The translations under genes and the position numbers were made by a program. Below the pieces are notes generated by a model. That model was not told where the DNA came from. It was given only the letters and a program-made list of their open reading frames with translations, and did no database searches. Shown one piece after another: positions 36,253-46,758 of a DNA stretch of 64,000 nucleotides (position 1 is the first letter of the stretch; each line of letters begins with the position of its first letter). Source of the stretch: a bacterium (GTDB taxonomy: Bacteria; Patescibacteriota; Patescibacteriia; Patescibacteriales; GWC2-42-12); NCBI GenBank assembly GCA_030650415.1, contig JAUSEG010000011.1:1687-65686 (forward strand). The letters run 5' to 3'.

Positions 36253-39200
36253 TTATGCCCCATGGCACTTCTTATATTTTTTGCCAGACCCGCACGGGCA
36301 GGGATCATTCCGCCCAATTTTCTGGCCTTCGGCATCTTTGGCTTTTTCATGAACTAAATCTACCGGTTGATTTTTTTTATTTTCACTACTCTTAAAAGCG
36401 GAAAATGATTCTGTGCTCTTATCCATAGTCTTGGCCGGGGCGATGTAATTCTGCGGCCGCGTCTTCAATGTTGGCATGGCGAAATTACCGAAGTCCGCCA
36501 CTTTAAAAATGGAATAAGCCACTTGCTTTTGAATTAAATTATTTAATTCATTATATAAAATATAAGCTTCTTTTTTGTATTCTATGAGCGGATCTCTCTG
36601 GCCATAGCCGCGGAGCCCGATGCCGGCGCGCATATGATCCATGGCTTCCAAGTGCTCCATCCACAGCATGTCAAATGACCTTATAAGAACCGCTTTTTCA
36701 ACTTGGCGCCAATCGATTCCGGCCTCTCCGGCCAGTTTAATAATTTTTTCATAGTTGGTTTTTACCAAAGCCATGAGGTGGTCGCAAATTTTCGTCCTAA
36801 CTCTTACTTTTTCCAGCTTATCGCCGTCGCCGGCCAATCCCGTAAGCTCATCTTTTAATTTCGCTTCCACCGGCAAAATGGTTGACATAACCTGATAAAT
36901 TTCTTTAATATTCCAATCCGCGCTTGCATCGGCGGCCGTATGAAAAATTACCGCCTGCTCGATTTCGTTTTCAATCATTTCTAAAATTATTTCTGTCATC
37001 CTGGAGGGAGCGGAGCGACCGATAGGATCTCCCTGTTTTGCCTCTGAACTATGGGATTCTATCGCCTTCGGCTCCAGAATGACATTACCACTTTCCGCCA
37101 ACTCCAATATCTCTCGCCTCTTCCGATAGGTTGTCTCGCGATGCTTATTTATTACATCATCATATTCAACCAAGTGTTTTCTAGTATCAAAATTATTGCC
37201 TTCAACTTTTTTCTGCGCCGATTCGATGGAACGAGAAACCATGCCATTCTCTATTGGCAGGTCTTCCGGCACTCTTAAGGTGGTCATTAAGTTCTTCATC
37301 CGGTCGCCGCCAAAAATTCTCATCAAATCATCTTCCATGGAAACATAGAATTGGCTTGATCCCGGATCGCCCTGGCGGCCGGCGCGGCCTCGAAGCTGAT
37401 TATCAATGCGCCTGGCCTCGTGCCTTTCCGTGCCAATAATATGCAAACCGCCAGAGGCCAGCACTTTTTTATATTCTTCTTGCCAGATTTTATATTCCGG
37501 GTTTTCCTCTTTTCCGTCTTCCATCAATTTGCTTGGCGGTACTCCGCCGAGCATAATATCCACACCTCTTCCGGCCATATTGGTGGCGATAGTCACGGCG
37601 CCCAAACGCCCGGCCTGAGAAATAATTTTGGCTTCCTTTTCATGGTGTTTGGCATTTAAAACCTGCGGTATAATCCCTTCTCGTTCGAGCATCTCGCCCA
37701 AGACTTCATTTCTTTCAATGGAGATGGTGCCGACTAAGATCGGCTGGCCGGTAGCGTGCCGGCGCTTCACTTCTTCAATCACGGCTTTAAACTTTCCATT
37801 TTCGGTCCGATAAATTAAATCATTAAGATCTTTTCTAACCATCGTCCGATTAGTCGGTATCACCACGGTTTCCAGTTTATAAATTTTGGAAAATTCCTCG
37901 GCTTCGGTTATGGCCGTGCCGGTCATGCCCGAAAGTTTCTTATACATTCTGAAATAATTTTGAAAAGTCACGGTGGCTAAGGTCTGTGATTCGCGTTGAA
38001 CTTTAACTTTTTCCTTAGCTTCAATCGCCTGGTGCAAACCCTCGCTATAGCGCCGGCCATGCATTAAGCGGCCGGTAAATTCATCAACAATAATTACTTC
38101 GTTATCTTTCACCACGTAGTCCCGATCGCGCTTAAATAAAACTCGCGCTTTTAGAGCTTGCTCAATATGGTGCACTTCGGAAATTCCGCCCGAGGTATAA
38201 ATATTATCCACGCCCATTAATTTTTCCATTTTAGCGATACCGGCTTCGGATAAAGTGGCGGCGCGCATTTTTTCATCAACATTATAATCGCCCTGCCCTG
38301 AGTCATCCGAAGGGTCATTTTCGGTTAAACGTTCAACCAAGTCGGAAAATTTAAAATATTTATCCGTCGATTCTTCGGCTGGAGAACTGATTATAAGCGG
38401 CGTTCTGGCTTCATCAATTAAAATTGAATCGACTTCATCGACGATAGCGTAATATAAATCCCTTTGCGCCATTGAATTTAAATCCGGCACCATGTTATCC
38501 CTTAAATAATCAAAGCCGAATTCATTATTCGTGCCATAAAGAATATCGCAAGCATAGGCCTCTTTACGTGGCACTTCAACTAATTTGCCTTCGTTTTGGT
38601 CATTGAAAATTTGATCATTGGGATTTGTTTGAAAATTGTCTGGCTTCGCCAGATCTGGCGTAGCCAGAGAAATTGGAAATTGAAAATTTTTTCCCGAATT
38701 ATAAATATAGGCTTTTTCATGTGTTATACATCCCACGCTCAATCCAAGAAAACTGTAAATCTTCCCCATCCATTCGGCGTCGCGCTTGGCCAGGTAATCG
38801 TTAACCGTAATTACATGCACGCCCTTTTTAGGCAGAGCGTTTAAATAAGCGGGCAAAGTAGCCACTAAAGTTTTACCTTCGCCGGTTCTCATTTCCGAAA
38901 TTTGCCCGCGATGCAGCGCCAGGCCTCCGAGCAACTGCGCGTCATAATGCCTCTGGCCTAGGGTTCGCTTGGCCGCTTCTCTAACCACGGCGAAAGCTTC
39001 CGGCAGAATTTCTTCCAGCCTTTTTTCTATGTCATCCTGGAGCGAAGCGTCAGCGGAGCGATAGGATCTCATTTTTTCATTACCCGCGCTGAGCAAAACC
39101 GAAGCGTCAGTCTCCACCTCCAATCTTTTTCTAAACTCGGCCGTCATATTCCGCAACTCATCATCGCTCATCACTTCAAACTTTTTTTCCAAAGCATTAA

Positions 39201-39276
39201 TCTCCGCCACAATCGGCCTTAAGCCTTTTATGATCTTTTCATTCGGATCACCAAAAATTTTATCGATTAAACTCAT
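36253..39276 (-). CDS. secA: Preprotein translocase ATPase SecA (1007 aa) with three in-frame repeat-derived insertions.
   Basis: DEAD-like motor motifs, the C-terminal zinc site [14 protein letters not shown], and the N-terminus [14 protein letters not shown]. Confidence 0.9.
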   Translation of the reverse strand: MSLIDKIFGDPNEKIIKGLRPIVAEINALEKKFEVMSDDELRNMTAEFRKRLEVETDASVLLSAGNEKMRSYRSADASLQDDIEKRLEEILPEAFAVVREAAKRTLGQRHYDAQLLGGLALHRGQISEMRTGEGKTLVATLPAYLNALPKKGVHVITVNDYLAKRDAEWMGKIYSFLGLSVGCITHEKAYIYNSGKNFQFPISLATPDLAKPDNFQTNPNDQIFNDQNEGKLVEVPRKEAYACDILYGTNNEFGFDYLRDNMVPDLNSMAQRDLYYAIVDEVDSILIDEARTPLIISSPAEESTDKYFKFSDLVERLTENDPSDDSGQGDYNVDEKMRAATLSEAGIAKMEKLMGVDNIYTSGGISEVHHIEQALKARVLFKRDRDYVVKDNEVIIVDEFTGRLMHGRRYSEGLHQAIEAKEKVKVQRESQTLATVTFQNYFRMYKKLSGMTGTAITEAEEFSKIYKLETVVIPTNRTMVRKDLNDLIYRTENGKFKAVIEEVKRRHATGQPILVGTISIERNEVLGEMLEREGIIPQVLNAKHHEKEAKIISQAGRLGAVTIATNMAGRGVDIMLGGVPPSKLMEDGKEENPEYKIWQEEYKKVLASGGLHIIGTERHEARRIDNQLRGRAGRQGDPGSSQFYVSMEDDLMRIFGGDRMKNLMTTLRVPEDLPIENGMVSRSIESAQKKVEGNNFDTRKHLVEYDDVINKHRETTYRKRREILELAESGNVILEPKAIESHSSEAKQGDPIGRSAPSRMTEIILEMIENEIEQAVIFHTAADASADWNIKEIYQVMSTILPVEAKLKDELTGLAGDGDKLEKVRVRTKICDHLMALVKTNYEKIIKLAGEAGIDWRQVEKAVLIRSFDMLWMEHLEAMDHMRAGIGLRGYGQRDPLIEYKKEAYILYNELNNLIQKQVAYSIFKVADFGNFAMPTLKTRPQNYIAPAKTMDKSTESFSAFKSSENKKNQPVDLVHEKAKDAEGQKIGRNDPCPCGSGKKYKKCHGA
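36994..37084. repeat. Family A palindromic element inserted in frame in secA. It encodes [31 protein letters not shown].
   Basis: tgtcatcctggagggagcggagcgaccgataggatctcc...gattctatcgcc...ctccagaatgaca; translation checked by hand. Confidence 0.85.
38601..38690. repeat. 'ttgaaaatt + ggcttcgccagatctggcgtagc' module inserted in frame in secA. It encodes [20 protein letters not shown]....
   Basis: The same 'ggcttcgccagatctcgcgtagcgatgac' module occurs at 40830, 42240 and 45250 (intergenic). Translation checked by hand. Confidence 0.75.
39030..39072. repeat. Half family A element inserted in frame near the secA N-terminus. It encodes [16 protein letters not shown].
   Basis: atgtcatcctggagcgaagcgtcagcggagcgataggatctcat; translation checked by hand. 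Confidence 0.75.
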
Positions 39277-39296
39277 AAATTATTTATTGTCATTGC

Positions 39297-39415
39297 GGGT
39301 AATTAAATAAAGCAATCTTCCCCATTCTGTCATTCCCGCGCAGGCGGGAATCTAGAAAACGTATTTATACCTCGCACCCCTAGATTCCCGCTTTCGCGGG
39401 AATGACAAAATAAAC
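39297..39415. repeat. Family B compound element upstream of secA.
   Basis: ttgtcattgcgggtaatt...tgtcattcccgcgcaggcgggaatctag...tagattcccgctttcgcgggaatgaca. Confidence 0.8.
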
Positions 39416-39523
39416 GAGGTTGTTACTACTACACTAATTACAATGACATAACAATATAATACTATAAAAACACACGCTATAGCGTGTTAAATGATTATAT
39501 AATTAATCAACCGTAAAGGCAAC

Positions 39524-39552
39524 TTGACAAAGATAATATTATATGATATAAA
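39524..39552 (+). promoter_or_regulatory. Candidate sigma70-type promoter for the small membrane protein gene.
   Basis: TTGACA (39524-39529), a 17-nt spacer and TATAAA (39547-39552), about 55 nt upstream of the ATG at 39608. Confidence 0.3.
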
Positions 39553-39607
39553 AAATTTGCTCTAAAAATGTCCTTTTGAAACAAACAAACCTCAACAAAA
39601 ATAAAAC

Positions 39608-39790
39608 ATGAAAATTAAAACCATACTAAAAAGCCCAGTATTCACTCTATTCGCGGGTCTATTTATTCTACTCGCATGGCAAGTTTTTAGCAGCAGGTGG
39701 GAAATCATGCTAGCGGGTTCAATATTTACCGTGATTGTAATGTTTCTGTTAATAGCTTCGCTAATTAACAACGAGAGTAGCGGTAGTTAA
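39608..39790 (+). CDS. Small (60 aa) two-TM membrane protein.
   Basis: Two hydrophobic helices (VFTLFAGLFILLAW and SIFTVIVMFLLIASLI) and an upstream promoter-like sequence. Confidence 0.35.
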   Translation: MKIKTILKSPVFTLFAGLFILLAWQVFSSRWEIMLAGSIFTVIVMFLLIASLINNESSGS

Positions 39791-39926
39791 AACCGCCCCA
39801 TGCTCTCACGCCCCAATCGGAAATTTTCCGAGCGGGGCTCTTTTTTATATCATGACCCCCTGCTTTTTTAGCGCTTTAACCCAAAAAAACAACTTCATAG
39901 ATTTGAAATTATTTTTTGCGTATGAA

Positions 39927-40220
39927 TTAAACGGTTTTTTCTTTCAACCCTCGTTCAACCAACGCCCGACTGATTTCCGGCTGCGGCGGCAATTTTTCCA
40001 GTTCATTTATATGCAGATAATCGTGCCGATCCGCTCTTAATTCCAAATCCACAATCCGCCTGTCGGCCCAGCCAAACATTTCCGTCTTCGTCGGTCGTAA
40101 TTTTATTTCTCTTTCAAGATTACCTAATCTTCCTTCAACTTTATCAAATCTCCCCCCCACTTTATCAAATTCGCCCTTAATAATTCCGGCTAATTCATCA
40201 ATTGTTATATTGTCTGCCAT
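39927..40220 (-). CDS. Hypothetical protein with short internal repeats (FDKVGGRFDKVEGRLGNLE).
   Basis: An ORF only. The start was set at MADNITIDE. Confidence 0.3.
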   Translation of the reverse strand: MADNITIDELAGIIKGEFDKVGGRFDKVEGRLGNLEREIKLRPTKTEMFGWADRRIVDLELRADRHDYLHINELEKLPPQPEISRALVERGLKEKTV

Positions 40221-40317
40221 ATTTTTTAAATTATTTTTATGCTTTATGTCTCTATTATACTTCACTAAATAAAATTTGGTCAAGCAAATATGTGGCTTAA
40301 AAAAATTCTGTCTTATT

Positions 40318-40662
40318 TTATACCATCGCTCCCAATTTTTCCTTCTTTTTCTTCCGGCCGATTTTCTTGTCCTTATATTTTTTTATAACCAATTCCAAAT
40401 GATCCTTAACTTTATCAATCGCTTTAAATAAATCTTTTTCGGTTTTCTCCACTCGGAGTAAATCTCCGGCCACGGTTAAATTCACTTCAGCGCGGTAAAT
40501 TTCTCCCTTTAGATGATGGTTGGTGGTTTTTTCAAGTTCCACTCGCGCGCTAATAACTTTCAGCTTGCCAAAATACTTTTCCAGCATGTCCATTTTTTCC
40601 TGCGCGTAGTCTTTTATTTTAGGCGTTAACTCCAAGTTAGTTGCTTTGATGTTTAAATTCAT
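40318..40662 (-). CDS. hpf: Ribosome hibernation promoting factor / ribosome-associated inhibitor (S30EA family).
   Basis: MNLNIKATNLELTPKIKDYAQEKMDMLEKYF is the family N-terminus. The protein is ~114 aa. Confidence 0.8.
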   Translation of the reverse strand: MNLNIKATNLELTPKIKDYAQEKMDMLEKYFGKLKVISARVELEKTTNHHLKGEIYRAEVNLTVAGDLLRVEKTEKDLFKAIDKVKDHLELVIKKYKDKKIGRKKKKEKLGAMV

Positions 40663-40671
40663 ATTATTTTA

Positions 40672-40905
40672 TGTCATTGCGAGCCGCCCTCTTTTTTGTC
40701 ATTCCGGCCTTTAAGCCGAAGGCTCGCCCCGTTAAATCCCTACGGGACGCAAAGCGTATTTAACGGGGCGAGCCGGAATCCAGGTTTTGGCGCTAAGAAC
40801 AAATTTCTGGATTGTCGTGGCTTCGCCAGATCTCGCGTAGCGATGACGAGGTCAAGCCCGCAATGACAAACAAAAATTAAACTCCTCGCAATGACGTTAG
40901 GTTAT
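40672..40905. repeat. Composite palindromic repeat region (tgtcattgcgagccgcc, tgtcattccggcc...ggccggaatcc, ggcttcgccagatctcgcgtagcgatgac, cgcaatgaca x2).
   Basis: Read directly. The modules are shared with 28826-29016, 42230-42320 and 45165-45350. Confidence 0.8.
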
Positions 40906-42083
40906 TAAAATATCTTATTCCAAATATTGCTAAAAAATCCGCCAAATTTTGACACATCCCTAAGCGTCACCACTAAAACCAAAATCATAAGCAATATAAA
41001 ACCGATATTATGTATGGCATTTTCCACTTCTCTCTTAACCGGCCCTCGCTTAATTTTTTCAATAATCAAGAATAAAAATCTTCCTCCGTCCAAGGCGGGA
41101 AAAGGAAAAAAATTAATCACGGCCAGATTGATGGATAAAAGCGCCGTGAATTGCATGAGATAAACGAAGCCCATCCGCGCTACCTGCCCGGTGATAGTGG
41201 CAATACCAACTGGGCCGGCCAAATCAGCGGTCACGCCCTGGCCGAAAATCAAGCCCTTGATTAATTCATAAAATGCTACAATAATCGCCCAAATTAATAT
41301 AAAGGTGGTTTTAAAACCTTCCCAAATCGCTAAGTACCAAGGATAGCGGACGATACCGGTTTCGCTGATGGCCACGCCGACTCCGCCCTTGCCGATTTCC
41401 GGCATTAAAACGGGCGTGATGGTTTTATCAATCAGCTCTTGCCCGCGCTTGATTTTATAAACCAAGCCTTGCCCGGTCTTAGAATCCACATAATTTTGTA
41501 ATTCCGCGAAACTTGAAAATTTATTATTATCAATGCTAAAAATCGTATCCCCAATTTTTAAATCGGCCTTTTCCGCCGGCGAGCTCTTTATAACCTGAAC
41601 GATTTGAATTTTCCGATCGCTGACTAAAGCGCGGGCGTCTAAACCGTTATCCAGGCTCTGCGGCAAGCCGACCATGAAACCAGCGATTATTAAAATCATG
41701 GCCAAAACAATATTCATAATTACGCCAGCGGAGAGCATCACGCCTCTTTGCCAAACCGGACGCGAAGCAAAACTATCCTTTTCCTCGACCAGCCCTGAGC
41801 TTGCCGAAGGGCCGTTCTCGCCCTTAATTTTAACGAAACCGCCTAAAGGCAGCCAATTTAGAGAATAAACCGTGCCCGGGCAATCGGTTACTTCCTTGCC
41901 GCCAAAAATCTTCTTCCATTGGCCCTGGTCATTTTTATAAAAACCGAAAGCCCGAGGCGGAAAGCCCAGTCCAAACTCTTCGGCCTTAACGCCGAATTTC
42001 CTGGCCGTCATAAAATGCCCCCACTCATGCGCGAGCACTAAAACCGACAGAACCGCGAGAAAAATAATTATAGTTAAAAGCAT
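40905..42083 (-). CDS. rseP: RseP/site-2 zinc metalloprotease with a PDZ domain.
   Basis: HEWGHFMTARKFGV (HExxH), a PDZ region and a C-terminal LDGG motif. The start was moved to MLLTIIIF (the longer ORF start is repeat-encoded: ...DSRLRGND...). Confidence 0.8.
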   Translation of the reverse strand: MLLTIIIFLAVLSVLVLAHEWGHFMTARKFGVKAEEFGLGFPPRAFGFYKNDQGQWKKIFGGKEVTDCPGTVYSLNWLPLGGFVKIKGENGPSASSGLVEEKDSFASRPVWQRGVMLSAGVIMNIVLAMILIIAGFMVGLPQSLDNGLDARALVSDRKIQIVQVIKSSPAEKADLKIGDTIFSIDNNKFSSFAELQNYVDSKTGQGLVYKIKRGQELIDKTITPVLMPEIGKGGVGVAISETGIVRYPWYLAIWEGFKTTFILIWAIIVAFYELIKGLIFGQGVTADLAGPVGIATITGQVARMGFVYLMQFTALLSINLAVINFFPFPALDGGRFLFLIIEKIKRGPVKREVENAIHNIGFILLMILVLVVTLRDVSKFGGFFSNIWNKIF

Positions 42084-42092
42084 AAATTTTTG

Positions 42093-42320
42093 TTTGTCAT
42101 TCCCGCGCAGGCGGGAATCCAGGGGTGAGCAGTAAAAATGCATTCCACCACCCTAAACTCTATATGATATTAATATTTTATAAAAGCGTGCGAACATTAA
42201 TAATGGTCCTGCTACTCCCTCCTGGATTCTCATGGCTTCGCCAGATCTCGCGTAGCGATGACCGATAGCCTTCGGCTTCGGGAATGACAAGAAGAATTAG
42301 GGGTTCTCGCAATGACAGTT
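42093..42320. repeat. Composite family B element, near-duplicate of 32281-32500.
   Basis: tgtcattcccgcgcaggcgggaatccaggggtgagcagtaaaaatgc...ctccctcctggattc...ggcttcgccagatctcgcgtagcgatgac...gggaatgaca...ctcgcaatgaca. Confidence 0.8.
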
Positions 42321-42324
42321 CGGC

Positions 42325-42879
42325 CTAAATAGTCATTATCTCTTCGCCTTTTTTATCCTTAATTTTTTTGATTTCATCGTTCCTGGACGCGATTTCTTCG
42401 TCCAGCTCTTTAAGATAGCGAAATTTATCATCTTCATTTACGGCCTTGCTCTTAAACGCCGCCTCAATCAATTCTTTAATTTCATCCCTGGTTTTTCTTA
42501 AAGAGATTCTGGCGGTTTCCATTTTTTCGTTTAATTTCTTAACCAGCTCATTGCGATTTTCTTCGGTTAACTGCGGTATCACCAGCCTGATTTTATCTCC
42601 CTCATTAACCGGATTGATGCCTAAGTCGGCGGCCACAATGGCTTTCTCGATATCTTTAGAGATACTCTTATCCCAAGGAGTTACTACTAGGCTGCGCGCT
42701 TCGGGCACGCTGATGCTCGCTAGACCGACTAAGGCGGTTTTAGCGCCATAAGCTTCTACTATAATATTATCCAAAATGGCTGGGTTGGCCCGTCCGGTTC
42801 TTAAACTGGAAATGTCTTTCTTAAAAAAATCTATTACTTTAATCAGGTCATTTCGCTTGGCTTGAATGTATTGATTCAT
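42325..42879 (-). CDS. frr: Ribosome recycling factor.
   Basis: The 184 aa protein shows the typical RRF profile (DFFKKDISSLRTGRANPAILDNI...). Confidence 0.9.
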   Translation of the reverse strand: MNQYIQAKRNDLIKVIDFFKKDISSLRTGRANPAILDNIIVEAYGAKTALVGLASISVPEARSLVVTPWDKSISKDIEKAIVAADLGINPVNEGDKIRLVIPQLTEENRNELVKKLNEKMETARISLRKTRDEIKELIEAAFKSKAVNEDDKFRYLKELDEEIASRNDEIKKIKDKKGEEIMTI

Positions 42880-42896
42880 ATTATTATATTAAATTA

Positions 42897-44000
42897 TTAT
42901 TTTTTCTTTGGTATCTGCTTGACCGCCAGATAAATGATACTCGGATTTTTCGGATCAATCAAGAGCCTAAAGCCGGTTCGGCTCGAAGGCAGCTTATTCG
43001 AACTCCAATTTTTTCCGCCGTCTAAAGAGCGATAAAAAGTTGTATCAGTTACATAATAAATTTCGTTAGTATCAAAAGGATTAATGGCAATGGCATTTAT
43101 TTTAATCCGCGCTTTCTCAATAATCAGCTCGATTTTAGACCAAGTTTCGCCGTCGTCGGCTGACTTGATAAAACCGAAATTAGTGGCTAAAAAAACGGTT
43201 GGCTTTTCCGCTTTAACCATAGCCAAATCGCGAAAAGCTCCGGTGCCATCAAGAACTTTTAGCTTATCGCTTAAGTTTACCCAGCTCGAGCCGCCGTCGG
43301 TAGTGCGAAAAATTCCTTTGGCAAAAGCGCCGACAAATATAATCTTGGCGTTAACCGGGCTAATAACAATTCTATCGACTGGACTTTCAAACCTGTTTAA
43401 AGTTTGCCAACTCGCTCCACGATCCAGACTCTTGATAATTTCGCCGCGCGAAGTGCCGATAAAAACATTATTGTTATTGTTGCTATCGATAACTAAAGCG
43501 GTGATGATTACTGCCGGATCATTATCAAAATAGGTAATAGCCCAGGCGCGGCTGCAGTCCACTGATTTATAGACCTTATTGGCCGCCGTCGCGTAAATAA
43601 CGCACTTATTAGCCGGATCAACCGCGACATTGGTTACCGTCACTTTGCCCAAACCGGTGGCTATTTGCCAGCCCTCTCCGCCGTCGTAGCTGTAAAACAA
43701 GCCGTTGCCAATGCTCCCGGCGTAAATTGCTTTGCTATCCTCCGGATCCAGAGTTGAAGAAATTATGTCAACCGTGTTAAAACTTCTTTTCGAGCCGACT
43801 GTTTGAATTAAAACTTTCTGATTCCAAAGCGTTCCTTTATTAAGGGATTTATAAATTCCGCCATCGGTTAAGCTTGCGTCAGCGCCGGAACCGGTATTGA
43901 AACCGATGGTACAACCGGATAAAAAAAGCGCCGTTAATGGCAGCAACCATACTAATTTTAAAAATTTGGTTTTGGACATAAATTTAAATTTAATTTTCAA
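42897..44000 (-). CDS. Lipoprotein with a BNR/Asp-box beta-propeller (Ycf48/sortilin-like).
   Basis: Lipobox LFLSGC, and at least five S-x-D-x-G-x-(T/S)-W repeats (SYDGGEGW, SLDRGASW, TTDGGSSW, SADDGETW, SLDGGKNW). Confidence 0.6.
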   Translation of the reverse strand: MKIKFKFMSKTKFLKLVWLLPLTALFLSGCTIGFNTGSGADASLTDGGIYKSLNKGTLWNQKVLIQTVGSKRSFNTVDIISSTLDPEDSKAIYAGSIGNGLFYSYDGGEGWQIATGLGKVTVTNVAVDPANKCVIYATAANKVYKSVDCSRAWAITYFDNDPAVIITALVIDSNNNNNVFIGTSRGEIIKSLDRGASWQTLNRFESPVDRIVISPVNAKIIFVGAFAKGIFRTTDGGSSWVNLSDKLKVLDGTGAFRDLAMVKAEKPTVFLATNFGFIKSADDGETWSKIELIIEKARIKINAIAINPFDTNEIYYVTDTTFYRSLDGGKNWSSNKLPSSRTGFRLLIDPKNPSIIYLAVKQIPKKK

Positions 44001-44093
44001 TTTCTAATTTTCAATTTCTAAACAATGTCCTAATTTTCAATTTGTTAATTAAAGAATTAATTCATTAAAAATTGTTTGAAAATTGAGAATTGC
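43975..44093. repeat. AT-rich MITE-like element, family C copy 3.
   Basis: ctaattttcaatttctaaacaatgtcctaattttcaatt...aattaattcattaaaaattgtttgaaaattgagaattg. Confidence 0.7.
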
Positions 44094-45113
44094 CTATATG
44101 CTCGCCGCCACATTTTCCAGCGTTAACTTGGGATTTACATTATTCGCCAAATATTCTTTAGCTTGCTTTAGGGCGTCAATCAAACTTAGCAAAGATTTCA
44201 TGCTCAGTTTATTTTTTACCGCTGACAATTCTTCGTTAAAAGCTTCGTGCTGAATTAAATCGGCTAAATTTAATTCCATGAGCATTAAATCTCTGATTAG
44301 GTTTTGCCAAACATCAATAATTTTTCCGACTGACTTAACCGCTTCTTGCCCGCGCGCATTTTTCCCTAAAATATTTTCAATCGCTTTAAAGCGCTCGTTA
44401 ATATCCAGGTTCAATAATCCAACAAAGCCTTGAACATTGGCTTTGTAATTTTCATAATATTCTTTCTCCTCTAAAAACTTTAAAGCTATCGCCGGCCGGC
44501 CGGCCGACAAACGGGAAAAATTTTTAGCCTGGCTCCTCTGAGCGCCATGATTTTTAATCAAATCATCATAAATCATATCGCTTTTTACCGGCTGAAATCT
44601 TAAAATTTGGCTGCGCGAAACTATGGTCTTAGGCAGGGTTTCAAAATCCGTGACAGTTAAAATTATTACTACTTTAGCTTTGGGTTCTTCTAAAGTTTTT
44701 AGAAGCGCGTTAACCGCCCCCTCGCTTAGGGCTTCCGCGCCCTCGATAATGCCGATTTTATAAGAATTTAAAAACGAACTTAACCCCAGGCTTCTGATAA
44801 AATCTCTAACCTGCTCGATAGAAATATTTTTTTTATCAGCCTCTTTTTTTATTAAATAAATATCGCCATGAATTCCCTTAAGAGCCTCTCGACAGGCCGG
44901 ACACTTGCCGCAAGGCAGAGTTAATTGATCCTTGGCTTCGCAGACCAGGCTTTGCGCAAAAAAATTAGCGGCCGTGGCCTTGCCTAAACCGGCCGGACCG
45001 GTAAATATATAACTGCCGGAAATGTTTTTATTAATTAAGCTTTTAGCTAAAAATTCAAAAATATGGCTATTGCCAATTAATGGCCAGCTTAATTTGACTT
45101 TTGTTTCTTCCAT
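44094..45113 (-). CDS. holB: DNA polymerase III delta-prime subunit (clamp-loader AAA+).
   Basis: FTGPAGLGKATAANFFAQSLVC...CGKCPACREALKG (Walker A plus Zn module). The start was moved to MEETKVKL (the upstream 54 codons are repeat-encoded). Confidence 0.7.
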   Translation of the reverse strand: MEETKVKLSWPLIGNSHIFEFLAKSLINKNISGSYIFTGPAGLGKATAANFFAQSLVCEAKDQLTLPCGKCPACREALKGIHGDIYLIKKEADKKNISIEQVRDFIRSLGLSSFLNSYKIGIIEGAEALSEGAVNALLKTLEEPKAKVVIILTVTDFETLPKTIVSRSQILRFQPVKSDMIYDDLIKNHGAQRSQAKNFSRLSAGRPAIALKFLEEKEYYENYKANVQGFVGLLNLDINERFKAIENILGKNARGQEAVKSVGKIIDVWQNLIRDLMLMELNLADLIQHEAFNEELSAVKNKLSMKSLLSLIDALKQAKEYLANNVNPKLTLENVAASI

Positions 45114-45164
45114 AAATAAATTATAGCTTTTAAAGACGAATAAGTCAAAAAAGTTCAAATCCTG

Positions 45165-45350
45165 ATTGTCATTGCGAGGAGCCCTGTAATCAGGACGACG
45201 CAACGGTCTTACTGTCCTGTCATTGCGGGCTCCGACCTCGTCATCGCTACGCGAGATCTGGCGAAGCCACGACAATCCAGAAACTTACGCTAAATATATA
45301 AATCTGGATTCCGGCTCGCCTTCGGCTTAAAGGCCGGAATGACAATACTT
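45165..45350. repeat. Composite palindromic repeat region.
   Basis: tgtcattgcgaggagccctgtaatcagg...cctgtcattgcgggctcc...catcgctacgcgagatctggcgaagcc...ggattccggc...gccggaatgaca. Confidence 0.8.
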
Positions 45351-45392
45351 TTTTTGCTTGCTTTTTTCCCTTCTTTCTGTTATATTAGCCAC

Positions 45393-46733
45393 ATGAATAA
45401 TAAACTCAAAAAATTAGTTTTATTCGGCGGAGACATAGTTCTCCTGTATTTTTCCTTATATTTAACCCTTATAATTAGATACTGGGGAAAATATACGGAT
45501 CTGACCTGGTCTAATCATTTTTGGCCATTTACTCTGATCTTTATCCTCTGGGTACTGATTTTTTACATTTCCAATCTTTACAATCTTAATCTGGCCGTAA
45601 ATAATTTTAAATTTTACCAATCAAGCGGCCGCGCCATAATAATTTCCGGGCTGGTTTCTTTGGCTTTTTTCTATTTATTACCCCAAGTCGGCATCGCGCC
45701 AAAAAGAAATCTATTCATCTACATTATAGTTTTCGCGGCTATTTTCTATCTCTGGCGCCAATTTTATAATTGGTCGTTAAAGTCATATCTGCCCAAAATA
45801 AATATCGGCATAGTCGGCTATAATAATTTAACGGCGGAAATTATAAATGAGTTTAAACAGAAGCCTCATCTCGGCTATAACTTAAGCTTTATCGTTGACG
45901 ATAAAACGCAGACCGGAACTCAGCCGATTTCCGAATTGGAAGAATTAATCGCTAATAATAAACTGGATACCATAATATTATCCAGCGACCCGCACCAGTC
46001 GGAAAGTTTAAGAACCGCTTTATTTAACAGCTTGCCTTATAAAATTAGCTATATTAGCCTGCCGAATTTTTACGAAACCATTACCGGCAAAGTTCCGCTG
46101 GATTCGGTTAATCAAATGTGGTTTCTAGAAAACTTGAATGAAAATAATAAAATTTGGTTTAACCGGCTGAAAATAATCTATGATTTTATTCTGGCCTTAA
46201 TAATTTTTATTATCACTTTGCCTTTTTGGATTATCATCGCGATAATAATAAAAATTGAAAGCCGCGGACCGATTTTTATTATTATGGAACGACTGGGAAA
46301 AAATAATAAAGTTTTTAAATTGATAAAATTCAGGACTATGCGGGAAGAAGACAATGATCGCTCGCCCACCCGGGCTAATGATCCGCGTATTACTAAATTC
46401 GGTAATATTTTAAGAAAAACCAGGCTTGACGAACTGCCACAGGTAATAAATATTTTGCGCGGTGAAATGAGCTTTGTCGGTCCGAGGCCGGAACGGCCGG
46501 AATTATCTGAAAATCTGGAAAAGCAGATCCCCTTCTATGGCCAGAGAACCTTGGTTAAACCCGGCCTAACCGGTTCCGATCAAATCTCCGGCGAATACCA
46601 TTCGCCATCGCAAGCCGACAGCTTAAAAAAATTGCAATACGATCTCTTCTATATAAAAAACCGGTCCATATTTCTGGACCTGGCTATTATTTTAAAAACT
46701 ATCGCGACGGTTTTAAGCCGAAAGGGAATGTAA
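45393..46733 (+). CDS. Polyprenyl-phosphate sugar phosphotransferase (WbaP/exopolysaccharide 'sugar transferase' family, initiating glycosyltransferase).
   Basis: N-terminal TM helices. The C-terminal catalytic domain contains RPGLTGLWQVSGR-like (KPGLTGSDQISG) and DLxYI motifs. Confidence 0.8.
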   Translation: MNNKLKKLVLFGGDIVLLYFSLYLTLIIRYWGKYTDLTWSNHFWPFTLIFILWVLIFYISNLYNLNLAVNNFKFYQSSGRAIIISGLVSLAFFYLLPQVGIAPKRNLFIYIIVFAAIFYLWRQFYNWSLKSYLPKINIGIVGYNNLTAEIINEFKQKPHLGYNLSFIVDDKTQTGTQPISELEELIANNKLDTIILSSDPHQSESLRTALFNSLPYKISYISLPNFYETITGKVPLDSVNQMWFLENLNENNKIWFNRLKIIYDFILALIIFIITLPFWIIIAIIIKIESRGPIFIIMERLGKNNKVFKLIKFRTMREEDNDRSPTRANDPRITKFGNILRKTRLDELPQVINILRGEMSFVGPRPERPELSENLEKQIPFYGQRTLVKPGLTGSDQISGEYHSPSQADSLKKLQYDLFYIKNRSIFLDLAIILKTIATVLSRKGM

Positions 46734-46758
46734 TATAAAAATTAACAAAACTATTTTT

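Noticed and set aside
37051-37813. Cluster of five 60-80 aa plus-strand ORFs inside secA
   Set aside because: They are antisense to secA and have Arg/Pro/Ser-rich composition typical of reverse-strand reading of coding DNA.
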